DNA from: Promethearchaeota archaeon
GTDB lineage: Archaea; Asgardarchaeota; Lokiarchaeia; Sigyniarchaeales; SOKP01
Assembly: GCA_018238625.1 (NCBI GenBank)
Contig: JABCSY010000043.1
Location: forward strand, 1 to 34,104
Direction: 5' to 3'
DNA length: 34,104 bases
Part shown: piece after piece, positions 17,588 through 26,683 of the stretch
Numbering within the stretch: position 1 is the stretch's first letter
How the letters are laid out: every line of letters starts with the position of its first letter
Program-made: the position numbers and the translations under genes
The notes under the pieces: generated by a model
Database searches by the model: none
The model's input: only the letters and a program-made list of their open reading frames with translations
What the model was told of the DNA's origin: nothing

Positions 17588-19315
17588 TTAAAATTTTGAT
17601 TCTCTATAAAATATCCGTATTGGTTCTTTCAAACCATAATGAAGCGTTAAAAAGCCCATGGCTATTGCAAAGATTGCTAAACTTGGCCAAAAAGAAGCCC
17701 ATGGGGCATTGTATAAATAGTTTCTTGCCTCACTGACATTAGTTCCTAATTGTACTAGCACTAAAGGATCGGAAAATCCAAGGAAACCTATTGCTTCGAA
17801 TAACAAAATATTGAACGCCATGAATAACGGGAAATATACAATTAACTTCTTTACGGTTAATTTTAAGCTGTAATTTCCCCTACTGATTATTAAAGTGACC
17901 CAAGGTATCATATACAGGGACATAATGTTCATTATGACTGAGATATTTCCTCCTCCCAAAATACTAAATGACATTATTATCAAAACTATGCTGGGTATTA
18001 TGAAAAGGATTACCATGAATCCCAATACCAATCCTTTTACCCACCTATGAACTTTGGATAAATAACCAAATAATATTCCTATCGCAATTCCTATGAGAAC
18101 AGGCAAGATACAAACTCTCATCGATGTTGATACACCATATGCCAATAATGCAAGTACATCGCGTCCAAATCTAGCTTGTCCTAAGGGATGATTAGCCGAT
18201 GGCGGATCCCAAGCACCCGCATAAATGCCAGTTGCTTCTTCTATAGTAAATGGAGTTAATATCTGTGGAAATATAGCTATTATTGTTGTGAATACCACCA
18301 CAGCTATTCCTATTATTGTTAATGGCGTTTTTAGCCGATAAAATATAAAATCTTTAAATTTTTGGTCTGAATCGACACTATATTGAGTACCTTCTTCAAT
18401 CATTCGCTCGGATTTCCCTAAATACTTAGTAAAAATTGGTGATTGGCTTTCCTCTGAGAAAAAAGCGTAAATTGTGTATCCTATATTCGATAGGAATAGA
18501 ATAATTGCGGGAAGTACGACTAGGATAAATACGTATGCTCTGCATAACCAATAATCCATAAGATTAATTGCAGTAATGAAAAGTCCAAAAAAACCATGTA
18601 TTCCGAATGTAACTTCGAGAATGAAAATACTTGCAATTAAAACGCTTAAATTCATAATTATCTGCAAGCTATTGGATAAAATATGTTTTTCCTCTGATTT
18701 CCTCAAATAATTAGAACGAACTTGTCTTGTCGTGAGAAATAAAGTTAACAGAAATAACACACAAGACGGTAAAAATGAATCTCCCACCGGGGGAAAAAGT
18801 CCCAATTGATAACCTAAAACGTATTGGAACCACATCCCTAAAGAAAATATCGGTATCGAAATACCTAAAATAATAAGGATTTGAATAAATACTTTAACCA
18901 ATTTATATCTAACTCTAAATGATAATATCCCTAGTAAAATACCTACAATTAAACCTAAAACAATCGGTAATATTGTAAAACCTAAAGTTACTGGAATCCT
19001 CTCAGTTAAAAGTTCAACTACAGTGCTACCTTGCGAAATAGCAATGGAGATCCCTAGATTTCCTGAAAAGAGCTCAGAAAGATACCTAAAGAACTGGACA
19101 TCCAAAGGTTGATCAAAACCTAATGATATAAACGCTGCATCATGTGCTGCTTGCGAAAACGGAATACCTTGAGCTTGTAGATATGCAAGAACTATATCAC
19201 CAGGCAGTAACCGAAGTAACTGAAAAAATTGAAAGCTCAGAACCAATCCGAAAAATAGTGGCACGATAGGGAGTAGAATAGTATAGAGTATGTTTCTAAT
19301 AACATCTTTTAACAT
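17588..19315 (-). CDS. Fused DppB-DppC (Opp/Dpp) ABC permease-like protein lacking EAA loops
   Basis: DppB features LLPGD, LGFDQPL.VQF.RYL..L.SGNLGIS and ERIPVT; DppC features PPSANHPLGQARFGRDV, GFLGF and APWASFWP. Start 19315 preferred over 19471. Confidence 0.8.
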   Translation of the reverse strand: MLKDVIRNILYTILLPIVPLFFGLVLSFQFFQLLRLLPGDIVLAYLQAQGIPFSQAAHDAAFISLGFDQPLDVQFFRYLSELFSGNLGISIAISQGSTVVELLTERIPVTLGFTILPIVLGLIVGILLGILSFRVRYKLVKVFIQILIILGISIPIFSLGMWFQYVLGYQLGLFPPVGDSFLPSCVLFLLTLFLTTRQVRSNYLRKSEEKHILSNSLQIIMNLSVLIASIFILEVTFGIHGFFGLFITAINLMDYWLCRAYVFILVVLPAIILFLSNIGYTIYAFFSEESQSPIFTKYLGKSERMIEEGTQYSVDSDQKFKDFIFYRLKTPLTIIGIAVVVFTTIIAIFPQILTPFTIEEATGIYAGAWDPPSANHPLGQARFGRDVLALLAYGVSTSMRVCILPVLIGIAIGILFGYLSKVHRWVKGLVLGFMVILFIIPSIVLIIMSFSILGGGNISVIMNIMSLYMIPWVTLIISRGNYSLKLTVKKLIVYFPLFMAFNILLFEAIGFLGFSDPLVLVQLGTNVSEARNYLYNAPWASFWPSLAIFAIAMGFLTLHYGLKEPIRIFYRESKF

Positions 19316-19480
19316 TTTATTTTGCCTTTTTTTTAATAAATGAAGATAATATAATTCGTTAAGATACTGAAATATATAAATGTGATAGAACCAAATATTA
19401 TTCATATTTACTACAGGGTGACTTTTAATTCTAAAAGCGATGGAACCATTTAGTCTAGCACTTAAAGACAATTGGGGCGG

Positions 19481-19537
19481 AAATAAATTAGCAAAAGTAA
19501 TAATTCATCAAAATGATGAATTAGTTGCTGATTATTT
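19481..19537. repeat. Long imperfect hairpin with a perfect 10-bp core palindrome
   Basis: TAATTCATCA-AAA-TGATGAATTA (19501-19523), extended by AAATAAATTAGCAA/TTGCTGATTATTT. Confidence 0.55.
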
Positions 19538-19578
19538 AACAAAGATTTTCAAATAATTTAAAATATAAAAAATCTTAC

Positions 19579-20424
19579 TTACAAAGCTCCAAGAAAATTA
19601 GAAACATTTGAAGATTTAGGAACTTCAACATTGAAATAACTCTCAACGATTTCAAAAAGAAAATCGAGATATTTTAATTGGATTTTTACATTGTGAATGT
19701 TAGATAAATCTTCAATTATTTTTTTTGAATAAACCTTCTCTTTTTTTTTAAAATTTTTAACTATGTCTACTATCGTTTCAGATAATTGGTAAGCTTTTAG
19801 TAGTCCATTTTGTAGATATATTAAACTGGGTCTTGGCTCATATTCCTCAAAAAATTTCTGCACTAAGGCTCTTTCTATGCCTAATTTTTTTACATTGATG
19901 ATACCATCGTCGTCCTTTATAATGTCCTTACGGTTAAAAACAATAAAATCTTTATAACTTTCGCTATTATATTGATCTTCTGAAATGACAACAAGCTCAG
20001 TTTCAAAAGAATTTCTTGTTATATAGTCAAAAAACCTTTGAACATCATCAAACATAAATAGCTGGTCAAAAATTAAAACGATCTTTCTCTTATGTAATAT
20101 AGCTCTAATTACATAAGCGATTAAGGAAGCAGACAAATTAAGTTTGATTGAACTTACGTTAATTGAATCAAGTTGAGCGGAGTCTTTAGGTTCTATACTT
20201 TTTTCCGGAATTATCTCAGGAAGTTCTAATTGAAAATCTGCCATAAATGTGTCTCTTACCATGAAGTTCTTATCTATGTAAGCAACGAAAGAATGCTCGC
20301 AAATAATACCTTCCGCCAAATTTACTGCAAACACCCCTCTTTTAGCTTTTTCTATTTCCTCTTCAGAAACTTCAATAAAGCCTCTACTTGAACATGAGGG
20401 GCAACGAACTTCTATTTTCTTCAT
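19579..20424 (-). CDS. Zn-ribbon (CxxC...CxH) protein with DENN/folliculin-C-like domain, paralogue 2
   Basis: RCPSC...ICEHSFVAYIDKNF; RAILHKRKIVLI; KKLGIERALVQKFF matches paralogue 1. Confidence 0.6.
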   Translation of the reverse strand: MKKIEVRCPSCSSRGFIEVSEEEIEKAKRGVFAVNLAEGIICEHSFVAYIDKNFMVRDTFMADFQLELPEIIPEKSIEPKDSAQLDSINVSSIKLNLSASLIAYVIRAILHKRKIVLIFDQLFMFDDVQRFFDYITRNSFETELVVISEDQYNSESYKDFIVFNRKDIIKDDDGIINVKKLGIERALVQKFFEEYEPRPSLIYLQNGLLKAYQLSETIVDIVKNFKKKEKVYSKKIIEDLSNIHNVKIQLKYLDFLFEIVESYFNVEVPKSSNVSNFLGAL

Positions 20425-20578
20425 ATTTAAAAATCTTAATGATTGAAATATATTTTAAAAATTCCGATTAAATACGAACTGTAACTAATTTTTAATCATT
20501 TTAATATTTAAATATTAACTGAGTTAATAAAAATTTTTTGTTGATTTATATACAGTTGTGTTAATTCATTCAAATTTT

Positions 20579-21058
20579 TTAATGTCTAGAAATTTTTGCG
20601 TATTTTTTCTCAATAAAATTAGCTATTAGTAAGGAAACTAATGTGGCTAAATTCTCCGCTATTAAAAATGACATGATGTTGTTTAAGAAAATATAACATA
20701 TTCCATATGTACTAAAAAATAGAATAGTAAAAATAGGGAAAGTTATAGCTAAAGGTCTCACAATTGGAAAATACAAGAATTTTTGAATTTTCGAAGTTTT
20801 TTGTCGCGATTTACTAAATTGAGTTTTTAATTTTTTCGTTCTTTCGACTTGAGCAAACGATTCAAAAATAATAACTACTCCAAAAAATAAGGCTACTGTT
20901 GCTCCAATAGGGATTAGAATTACAACAAGATGATTACCTACGCCTAAAAAGTATTGAGCTACAAATATAAAAAATACCTGGAAAAGCCCACATGCACCGA
21001 ATAACATAAAAGCAATCGGTATATATTCCTTAGTTGACCAGCGAAATCTTATTGGCAT
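20579..21058 (-). CDS. 4-TM hypothetical membrane protein
   Basis: Two pairs of hydrophobic helices separated by a basic loop; starts 25 nt after the tRNA-Val 3' end. Confidence 0.7.
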   Translation of the reverse strand: MPIRFRWSTKEYIPIAFMLFGACGLFQVFFIFVAQYFLGVGNHLVVILIPIGATVALFFGVVIIFESFAQVERTKKLKTQFSKSRQKTSKIQKFLYFPIVRPLAITFPIFTILFFSTYGICYIFLNNIMSFLIAENLATLVSLLIANFIEKKYAKISRH

Positions 21059-21083
21059 TTTAATCTAATTCTTTTCTGTAATT

Positions 21084-21158
21084 TGGTGGGCCAAGGGAGG
21101 ATTGAACTCCCGACCTTCCGCACGTCAAGCGGACGTCATACGACTAGACCATTGGCCC
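21084..21158 (-). tRNA. tRNA-Val(GAC), intronless, CCA encoded
   Basis: Reverse complement GGGCCAA...TCCGC-TT-GAC-GT-GCGGA...GGGAG-TTCAATC-CTCCC-TTGGCCC-ACCA. Confidence 0.95.
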
Positions 21159-21322
21159 ATGTTTAATTTATATATAAAAATATTAAACTTAGAGATAAGT
21201 ATTTTATATTATTAAAAAATAAATATTTTATTAAATTTGCTGATGCTTGGCATTTTTAATTTAATATTAGAGAATTCACTTCATGGCTTAAAATAAGTAA
21301 GCAAAAAAAATTAAAAAAATTA

Positions 21323-22546
21323 TTATTTTAATGGTTTTTTTTCTCTTAGAGCTCTTACCATTGGTACGTCCTTTCCTGATAATATTTCTAACAACGCACC
21401 TCCACCCGTAGAAATAAATGAAACATCCTTTGCATATCCTGACATTTCTGCTGCAGTTCCCATTTCGCCGCCTCCAATTACGGCAAGCGCACCCCCTGTT
21501 TTAGCAGCTTCAGCCATTGCTTCGACCATATCAAAGGTTCCCTTTCTAAATACTTCTTTTTCAAATATTCCTGGTGGCCCGTTAGCGATGATAGTTTTAG
21601 CTTTAATGATTATACTTTTGAATTTTTCCGCAGTTTTAGGTCCAATATCACCAGTTACGGCGTTATATTTCTTTAATTCGTCGATATTAATTGCTTTTCT
21701 GTTGCCATTATCGTCAATTACCAAGTCTTTTGGTAAAATTATCTTATCTTTGAATTTTTCGTAAGTTTCTTTAATGTCCTCTTTTGCTTTGTCTAAATCT
21801 TTTGCTATTGCCGCCTTATTAGGTTCCCCAGTTTCGATTCCTATAGCTTCCATAATTAAGATTGCCGTTAAACCGGAGCAAAGTGCGTAATCAAGTTTTT
21901 CGTTCTCAAAATTAAATTTCATAGCCTTAAATTTATCTATTGCTTTCGCCCCTCCAATAAGCATGACCATAGGTTTTTCCGGGCTTTCTATTATTTTACT
22001 CATGTATTTAAATTCTTTAACTGTTGTAGGACCTGCAAGTAAAGTAGGCCATCCAATTATCGAGGGTTGTGCTCTATGGGCCGCACCAAACGCATCTGCG
22101 ATGAAATAATCGAATAATGGCGCAAGAGTTTGAATCATTTCTAATTCTTCAGCTTCGGAGAAATCTTTAAACTGTTTAGTTTCAAACTCCCAGGTTCGCA
22201 CATTATTAAGAACTAAAACTTCGCCTATTTTGAGATCTTTTATAGCATGAATCGCCTTTTCTCCAAAAACATCTTCTACATACTTTACAGGACGATCTAA
22301 TAGTTTCCGTATTTCTTCGGCATGCATTTCCAAAGAAGTAAAATCTTTAGCTCCTGGACGAGATTGGTGTGCCATAATTACCACAGCACTATCTTTTAAT
22401 TCTTCTAATGACGGAATTAAAGCGTGAATACGAGGTGATTCGCGAATTCTATTGTTTTCAATGTCGATATTAGAGTTGATATCGACTCTCATCAAAACTT
22501 TTTTTCCTTTTAAATCAACATCTTTATACGATTTATAATCAAACAT
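21323..22546 (-). CDS. pgk: Phosphoglycerate kinase (archaeal type)
   Basis: RVDIN, HQSRPG, DAFGAAHR, GGAK, NGPPG.FE and STGGGA motifs. Confidence 0.95.
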   Translation of the reverse strand: MFDYKSYKDVDLKGKKVLMRVDINSNIDIENNRIRESPRIHALIPSLEELKDSAVVIMAHQSRPGAKDFTSLEMHAEEIRKLLDRPVKYVEDVFGEKAIHAIKDLKIGEVLVLNNVRTWEFETKQFKDFSEAEELEMIQTLAPLFDYFIADAFGAAHRAQPSIIGWPTLLAGPTTVKEFKYMSKIIESPEKPMVMLIGGAKAIDKFKAMKFNFENEKLDYALCSGLTAILIMEAIGIETGEPNKAAIAKDLDKAKEDIKETYEKFKDKIILPKDLVIDDNGNRKAINIDELKKYNAVTGDIGPKTAEKFKSIIIKAKTIIANGPPGIFEKEVFRKGTFDMVEAMAEAAKTGGALAVIGGGEMGTAAEMSGYAKDVSFISTGGGALLEILSGKDVPMVRALREKKPLK

Positions 22547-22684
22547 TTAGAACCACTTTTAATGGATATAATTATAGTATTGATTAATATCAAAAAAAGT
22601 TTGATTAGTTAATATTGTTTTTTAAAAACCTAAATTTTTGCTAAATTCTAAAATAATAGTAATAATGAGATTTGAGATAATTAT

Positions 22685-23551
22685 TTAGTTCCTTTTCCTT
22701 CTTTTTAGCCATATTACTACACCGCTTATTATTGCTATATACGCCAAGCCATTAAGAATGACCATAAAAACGATTCCAAAGACATCTTCGGATGTTGGGC
22801 CGTAATATATAATTCCTACATATATCGATTCAACTTTTCCTTTATTCCATTCGAATAAAGCACTTTGCCCTCCTTGAATATCTGAAATTTGCAGATCCAC
22901 ATCAATCCCCCCACTATATATAGGAAGCTTACCAAATACTTTAAACTCTACTCTTTGCGTTAGATTTCCTTTCCAAACCCTTGCAGTTTCTAAATAATAC
23001 GCCATGTAGAATAAATTCCGAAAACCTAACGGTTTAGGTATTGAACCGCTGAATTGATAATTAATAATGTAAGAATTGTTTTCTAAAAGGGTTAAATTGG
23101 AAGTAATTAAAGTTATTGGGCAATGGACGACAAATCTGGATAAGAAATCAAGATTTATTCCCGTACTAGTTAAGTTTTCTTCAGTATTACTTAACACTTC
23201 GAAAGGGATTTGCGTATCGTTTACGGACACATCAAAAGTGGAGTTTTGGACATCCATACATAGCGAGAATGGTAAGATTAGGGTAAGATTCGTTGTATAT
23301 TCTGGGTTAAACAGCGTGTAATTTCCATTAAAATTAATTTCCATTTTGTTGGAAAAGTCTGTAGCATTCATGGTAATCATCGTGTTGATGTTTATTAAAC
23401 GAACGGTTGTGTTGGTGCTGGGAAAGATATCTGCGATAAATTGATCTGGTAAAGATGGAGGAGGGGCTGTTATATTAAGGGGTAAGACGATACCGTTCGT
23501 TAAGAGAAATAGGGCAATAAGAACGGAAAGTATTTGATAGTGTTTTCTCAT
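22685..23551 (-). CDS. Exported, Asn-rich, C-terminally membrane-anchored protein (DUF4424-like)
   Basis: Signal peptide, many NxT/S sequons, YYLETARVWKG, C-terminal TM plus KRRKR; SD AAGGTGAT before ATG 23551. Confidence 0.65.
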   Translation of the reverse strand: MRKHYQILSVLIALFLLTNGIVLPLNITAPPPSLPDQFIADIFPSTNTTVRLININTMITMNATDFSNKMEINFNGNYTLFNPEYTTNLTLILPFSLCMDVQNSTFDVSVNDTQIPFEVLSNTEENLTSTGINLDFLSRFVVHCPITLITSNLTLLENNSYIINYQFSGSIPKPLGFRNLFYMAYYLETARVWKGNLTQRVEFKVFGKLPIYSGGIDVDLQISDIQGGQSALFEWNKGKVESIYVGIIYYGPTSEDVFGIVFMVILNGLAYIAIISGVVIWLKRRKRN

Positions 23552-23759
23552 ATAATCACCTTGTAAATTCATCTAATGGGATTCAATTAGTATTTTTAAA
23601 CCTATCGTTAGATTCTTTGTAATATTAAAATAATCAATAGTATAATCAATACATTGGAGCTATGTTTTTAAATTTATTAAGACCAAAAGATTCTATTTAG
23701 TATATATTATACTAGTAAATTATTATGAACTGAAAGTTTGAAATGTTTTGAATTGGTGA

Positions 23760-24545
23760 TTGAGTGTGGATGAGATTAGAGAAATTTTAAATAAACTGCT
23801 TGATAAGAAGTGTTCTATTGAAGAGGCAGAAAAAATGTTGAAGGCTAATACTATCGAAGAGGTAGGAGATTTGGCTAAGCTGGATGTCTTCAGAAAGTTA
23901 CGCACTGGCGTTGTTGAGGTTATTTATGCGGAAAACAAAACGCCTCAAATGATTATAGAAATAATTTATACTTTCCTAAAGAAAAATAAATTTGCTATTG
24001 TGTCAAGGTATAGAGACGAACAAAAGGCTTTAATTTCTAAAGAATTTGGCGTTAAGAAAGAACTCTCGTTAATTTTTAACGAATTAGCTAAAACTCTAAT
24101 AGTAAAAGAAAAAGATTTCAAATTTAAAAAGAAAGGTGGAAGAATCGGCATAATTTCAGCCGGAAGTTCAGATATCCCTATTGCTGAGGAAGCTAAAGTG
24201 ATCGCAGAATCAATGGGATGTGAAACCTTTACTAGCTACGATTTAGGAATTGCTGGCATTCATCGTCTTTTTAAACCTCTCAGTGATATGATTAAAGAAG
24301 ATATTCAAGTAGTAATTGTATGCGCAGGAATGGAAGGAACCTTACCTGGGATTGTTGCAGCGCTCGTCGATATTCCTGTAATAGGAGTTCCCATATCTAG
24401 TGGATACGGTTTAGGCGAAAAAGGTATTGGTGCCTTAACAACGATGCTTCAATCGTGCTCACCAGGATTATTAGTAGTCAACATTGACAATGGGTTTGGA
24501 GCAGGGGCTTCTGCCGCTTTAATAGCTAATAGAATCGCAAAATAG
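23760..24545 (+). CDS. larB: Nickel-pincer cofactor biosynthesis protein LarB
   Basis: D..R.LRTG..EVIY...K, SAGSSDIPIAEEA, AGMEG.L, GYG, MLQSCSPG and VVNIDNGFGA motifs. Confidence 0.92.
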   Translation: MSVDEIREILNKLLDKKCSIEEAEKMLKANTIEEVGDLAKLDVFRKLRTGVVEVIYAENKTPQMIIEIIYTFLKKNKFAIVSRYRDEQKALISKEFGVKKELSLIFNELAKTLIVKEKDFKFKKKGGRIGIISAGSSDIPIAEEAKVIAESMGCETFTSYDLGIAGIHRLFKPLSDMIKEDIQVVIVCAGMEGTLPGIVAALVDIPVIGVPISSGYGLGEKGIGALTTMLQSCSPGLLVVNIDNGFGAGASAALIANRIAK

Positions 24546-24619
24546 ATTTTTTATTTAACTGTTTCTTTTTACTTCTGGCAAGAGACAACAAATTTTGTAT
24601 ATTTTTAATAACAAGTTAG

Positions 24620-24898
24620 TTTAAAATACTAGTAATTAGCGTTGATATGGTAGATCTAAAAAAAGCGAAAGAAGTTTTAGGAAAGAAATTCATAATTCTT
24701 ATGGGTAACGTCTCAACAGCAATCATGCGATATGGAACGGCTCAACAAGTCGAAGAGGAAGCAAAAAGGTGTATTAGGGCGGCTGCAGAAGGGGGTAAGT
24801 TTATGCTTAGTACTGCTTGCGATATTGCTCCAGGAACGCCCTCAGCAAATATTAAAGCGTTAATAAATGCTGGTTCAAAATATGGAACCTATCCATAA
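24620..24898 (+). pseudogene. C-terminal remnant of a UroD/MtaA-family (methylcobamide methyltransferase-like) protein
   Basis: ISVDMVDLKKAKE...LMGNV...GT...V...FMLSTACDI.PGTP..NI covers only the last ~90 aa of the TIM barrel; in-frame TAG at 24617. Confidence 0.65.
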
Positions 24899-24977
24899 AT
24901 AAATATAAAATCTTAATTTTATTTTTTGATACGAATTCCTTAAAAAATTAAGGAAGATCAGTTCCTAACGAAAAAAG

Positions 24978-24985
24978 TTTATATG
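24978..24985 (+). promoter_or_regulatory. BRE-TATA promoter for the 25057 gene
   Basis: CGAAAAAAG-TTTATATG, preceded by the palindrome TTCCTTAA-N4-TTAAGGAA (24936-24955). Confidence 0.45.
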
Positions 24986-25056
24986 TATCAAAAATAAAGA
25001 TTTTGCATAACTAAAATAAAAATTTAAAAAATTACAATAAAAAAAAGTATATTAAG

Positions 25057-25719
25057 ATGGCACCTACAGACGCTTCTCTTGAAGCTTTGTCTAATTTAAG
25101 ACAATTAAATCCCTTAACTGGATGGTACATAATCCCAATTTTAGCAATAGTTCTATACATTTATGGCGTTGAAATTAAAAATGCGAGAGAAACGAAAAAC
25201 TGGAGTACTGTATTCGCTGGATTGACGGTATTAGGCTTAGATCTAATCAACGAGATTTGGAATGCTTTAGTTTTTGCGTTCAGTAATTACTCCGCATTTT
25301 GGACTACGCCAAGTGCAAGTGCCTATATTATTTTAATAGGTTGGAACTTAGAAATTGCTTTTATGTTTTCTATAGCGGGCATAACCTTTGCTAAATTTTT
25401 ACCTGACGATAAAAACAAGAAGATGCTAGGGCTTCCTAATCGGTGGGCGATGGCTATTGGATTTTCATTATTTTGCGTCATTGTCGAGATCTTTCTAAAT
25501 TGGGGAAATTACTTAATTTGGGAATATGTTTGGTGGAATTGGTATAATCCCGTATTAATTTTCTTAATTGGATACTTCCATTTCTTCGTTGGCGCTTTTT
25601 ACGTCTACGACCTTCCAGAATTAAAGGACAAGATTAAAGTGGTTGGGATTATTTATGGAATTGGCATAGTTCTTTTATGCATTTTCGGACCCTTACTCGG
25701 ACCATTAGGAATATTTTAA
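25057..25719 (+). CDS. Trp-rich polytopic membrane protein of unknown function
   Basis: About 6 TM segments with polar conserved-looking motifs (DLINEIWN, GWNLEI, VEIFLN). Confidence 0.75.
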   Translation: MAPTDASLEALSNLRQLNPLTGWYIIPILAIVLYIYGVEIKNARETKNWSTVFAGLTVLGLDLINEIWNALVFAFSNYSAFWTTPSASAYIILIGWNLEIAFMFSIAGITFAKFLPDDKNKKMLGLPNRWAMAIGFSLFCVIVEIFLNWGNYLIWEYVWWNWYNPVLIFLIGYFHFFVGAFYVYDLPELKDKIKVVGIIYGIGIVLLCIFGPLLGPLGIF

Positions 25720-26067
25720 AAAATAATAAACACCTTTTTTTTTTAATAGAAAATTGTAGAAGTTTTGATATTTAATTCAAACGCGCTTACTAAATCTATT
25801 TTTGACCATCCTAAGCTATTTATATAGACATCCATTTGAACAATTTTTTACTGAGTGTAGCGAGTATCTTTAAATTAAATTTTTACCCAAATCAATTTCT
25901 AAAATCAAATTTTATCCAAATTGAGATTATTAAAATTCTATTGGTTTTTTAATATTCTTACATCTTTTTCTTCGAACCTAAAGATATATATAGATAGTGC
26001 AATATAATTAATATTGAAATTACTAATTCTTAAAAATCTAAAAAAAATTAAATATATTACAATGTAG

Positions 26068-26613
26068 TTGAGACTTAAAATGGTCGCAACACCCGATAAT
26101 ATTCAGAAGTCTAAAGAATTTTTTGAAAATGGCGATATCATTAATACGTTAATAAGTTTTAATGAAACAATTGAGCATTACGATAGTAAGAAGGGCGATA
26201 ATAAAGAAGAATTAATTCAATTTTTAAATAATATTTTACAATATTGCAAGGATAATAATCTGCAAAACGAAGAAGCTATTGCTTTAAGGACTTTAGGAAG
26301 AACACACAGTAAGTTTAAAGATCACGTAAAAGGTTTAAAATATTCTTATCAAGCATTAAAAATTCAAAAGAAATTAGGTAAGAAGTTAGATGTAGCCGAA
26401 GGTTTAGTATTTTTGGCAGAAGACCTTGAAGTTTCTGGAAATTACGAAGAAGTTATAAAATGCTTTAATGAGGCTGCGGATTTATTCCATGAATTGGGGG
26501 AACCAGAGAAAGAAGGCGCTGTAAGACTTGAGCTTGAGCGCTTAAAAGACTTTTCTAAGCAAATGGTTGACGATGAGTATTTCTTAAACAAATACCAAGT
26601 AGATAAATATTAA
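26068..26613 (+). CDS. Tetratricopeptide-repeat protein
   Basis: EAIALRTLGRTH...YSYQALKI and AEGLVFLAE...GNYEE..KCFNEA repeats; start may be ATG 26080. Confidence 0.75.
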   Translation: MRLKMVATPDNIQKSKEFFENGDIINTLISFNETIEHYDSKKGDNKEELIQFLNNILQYCKDNNLQNEEAIALRTLGRTHSKFKDHVKGLKYSYQALKIQKKLGKKLDVAEGLVFLAEDLEVSGNYEEVIKCFNEAADLFHELGEPEKEGAVRLELERLKDFSKQMVDDEYFLNKYQVDKY

Positions 26614-26683
26614 AATAAGAATGGTACGGTCATTTAAATAAAAAGATTTCTTTTTTTTTTCTTTAATTTTTTGGGTTTACTAA

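Noticed and set aside
19316-19471. N-terminal extension of the permease ORF
   Set aside because: Covers a TATA-like box (minus-strand TTTATATA ~19372-19379); DppB-like sequence begins near ATG 19315
19513-19531. C/D box guide RNA (ATGATGA...CTGA)
   Set aside because: Only 8 nt between the boxes, no second box pair, and both are buried in a hairpin
25720-25980. Decayed minus-strand ORF and short imperfect direct repeat
   Set aside because: Multiple stops, no recognisable family, low complexity
26068-26613. alpha-SNAP/Sec17 homologue
   Set aside because: Only generic TPR similarity; too short and lacks distinguishing SNAP features
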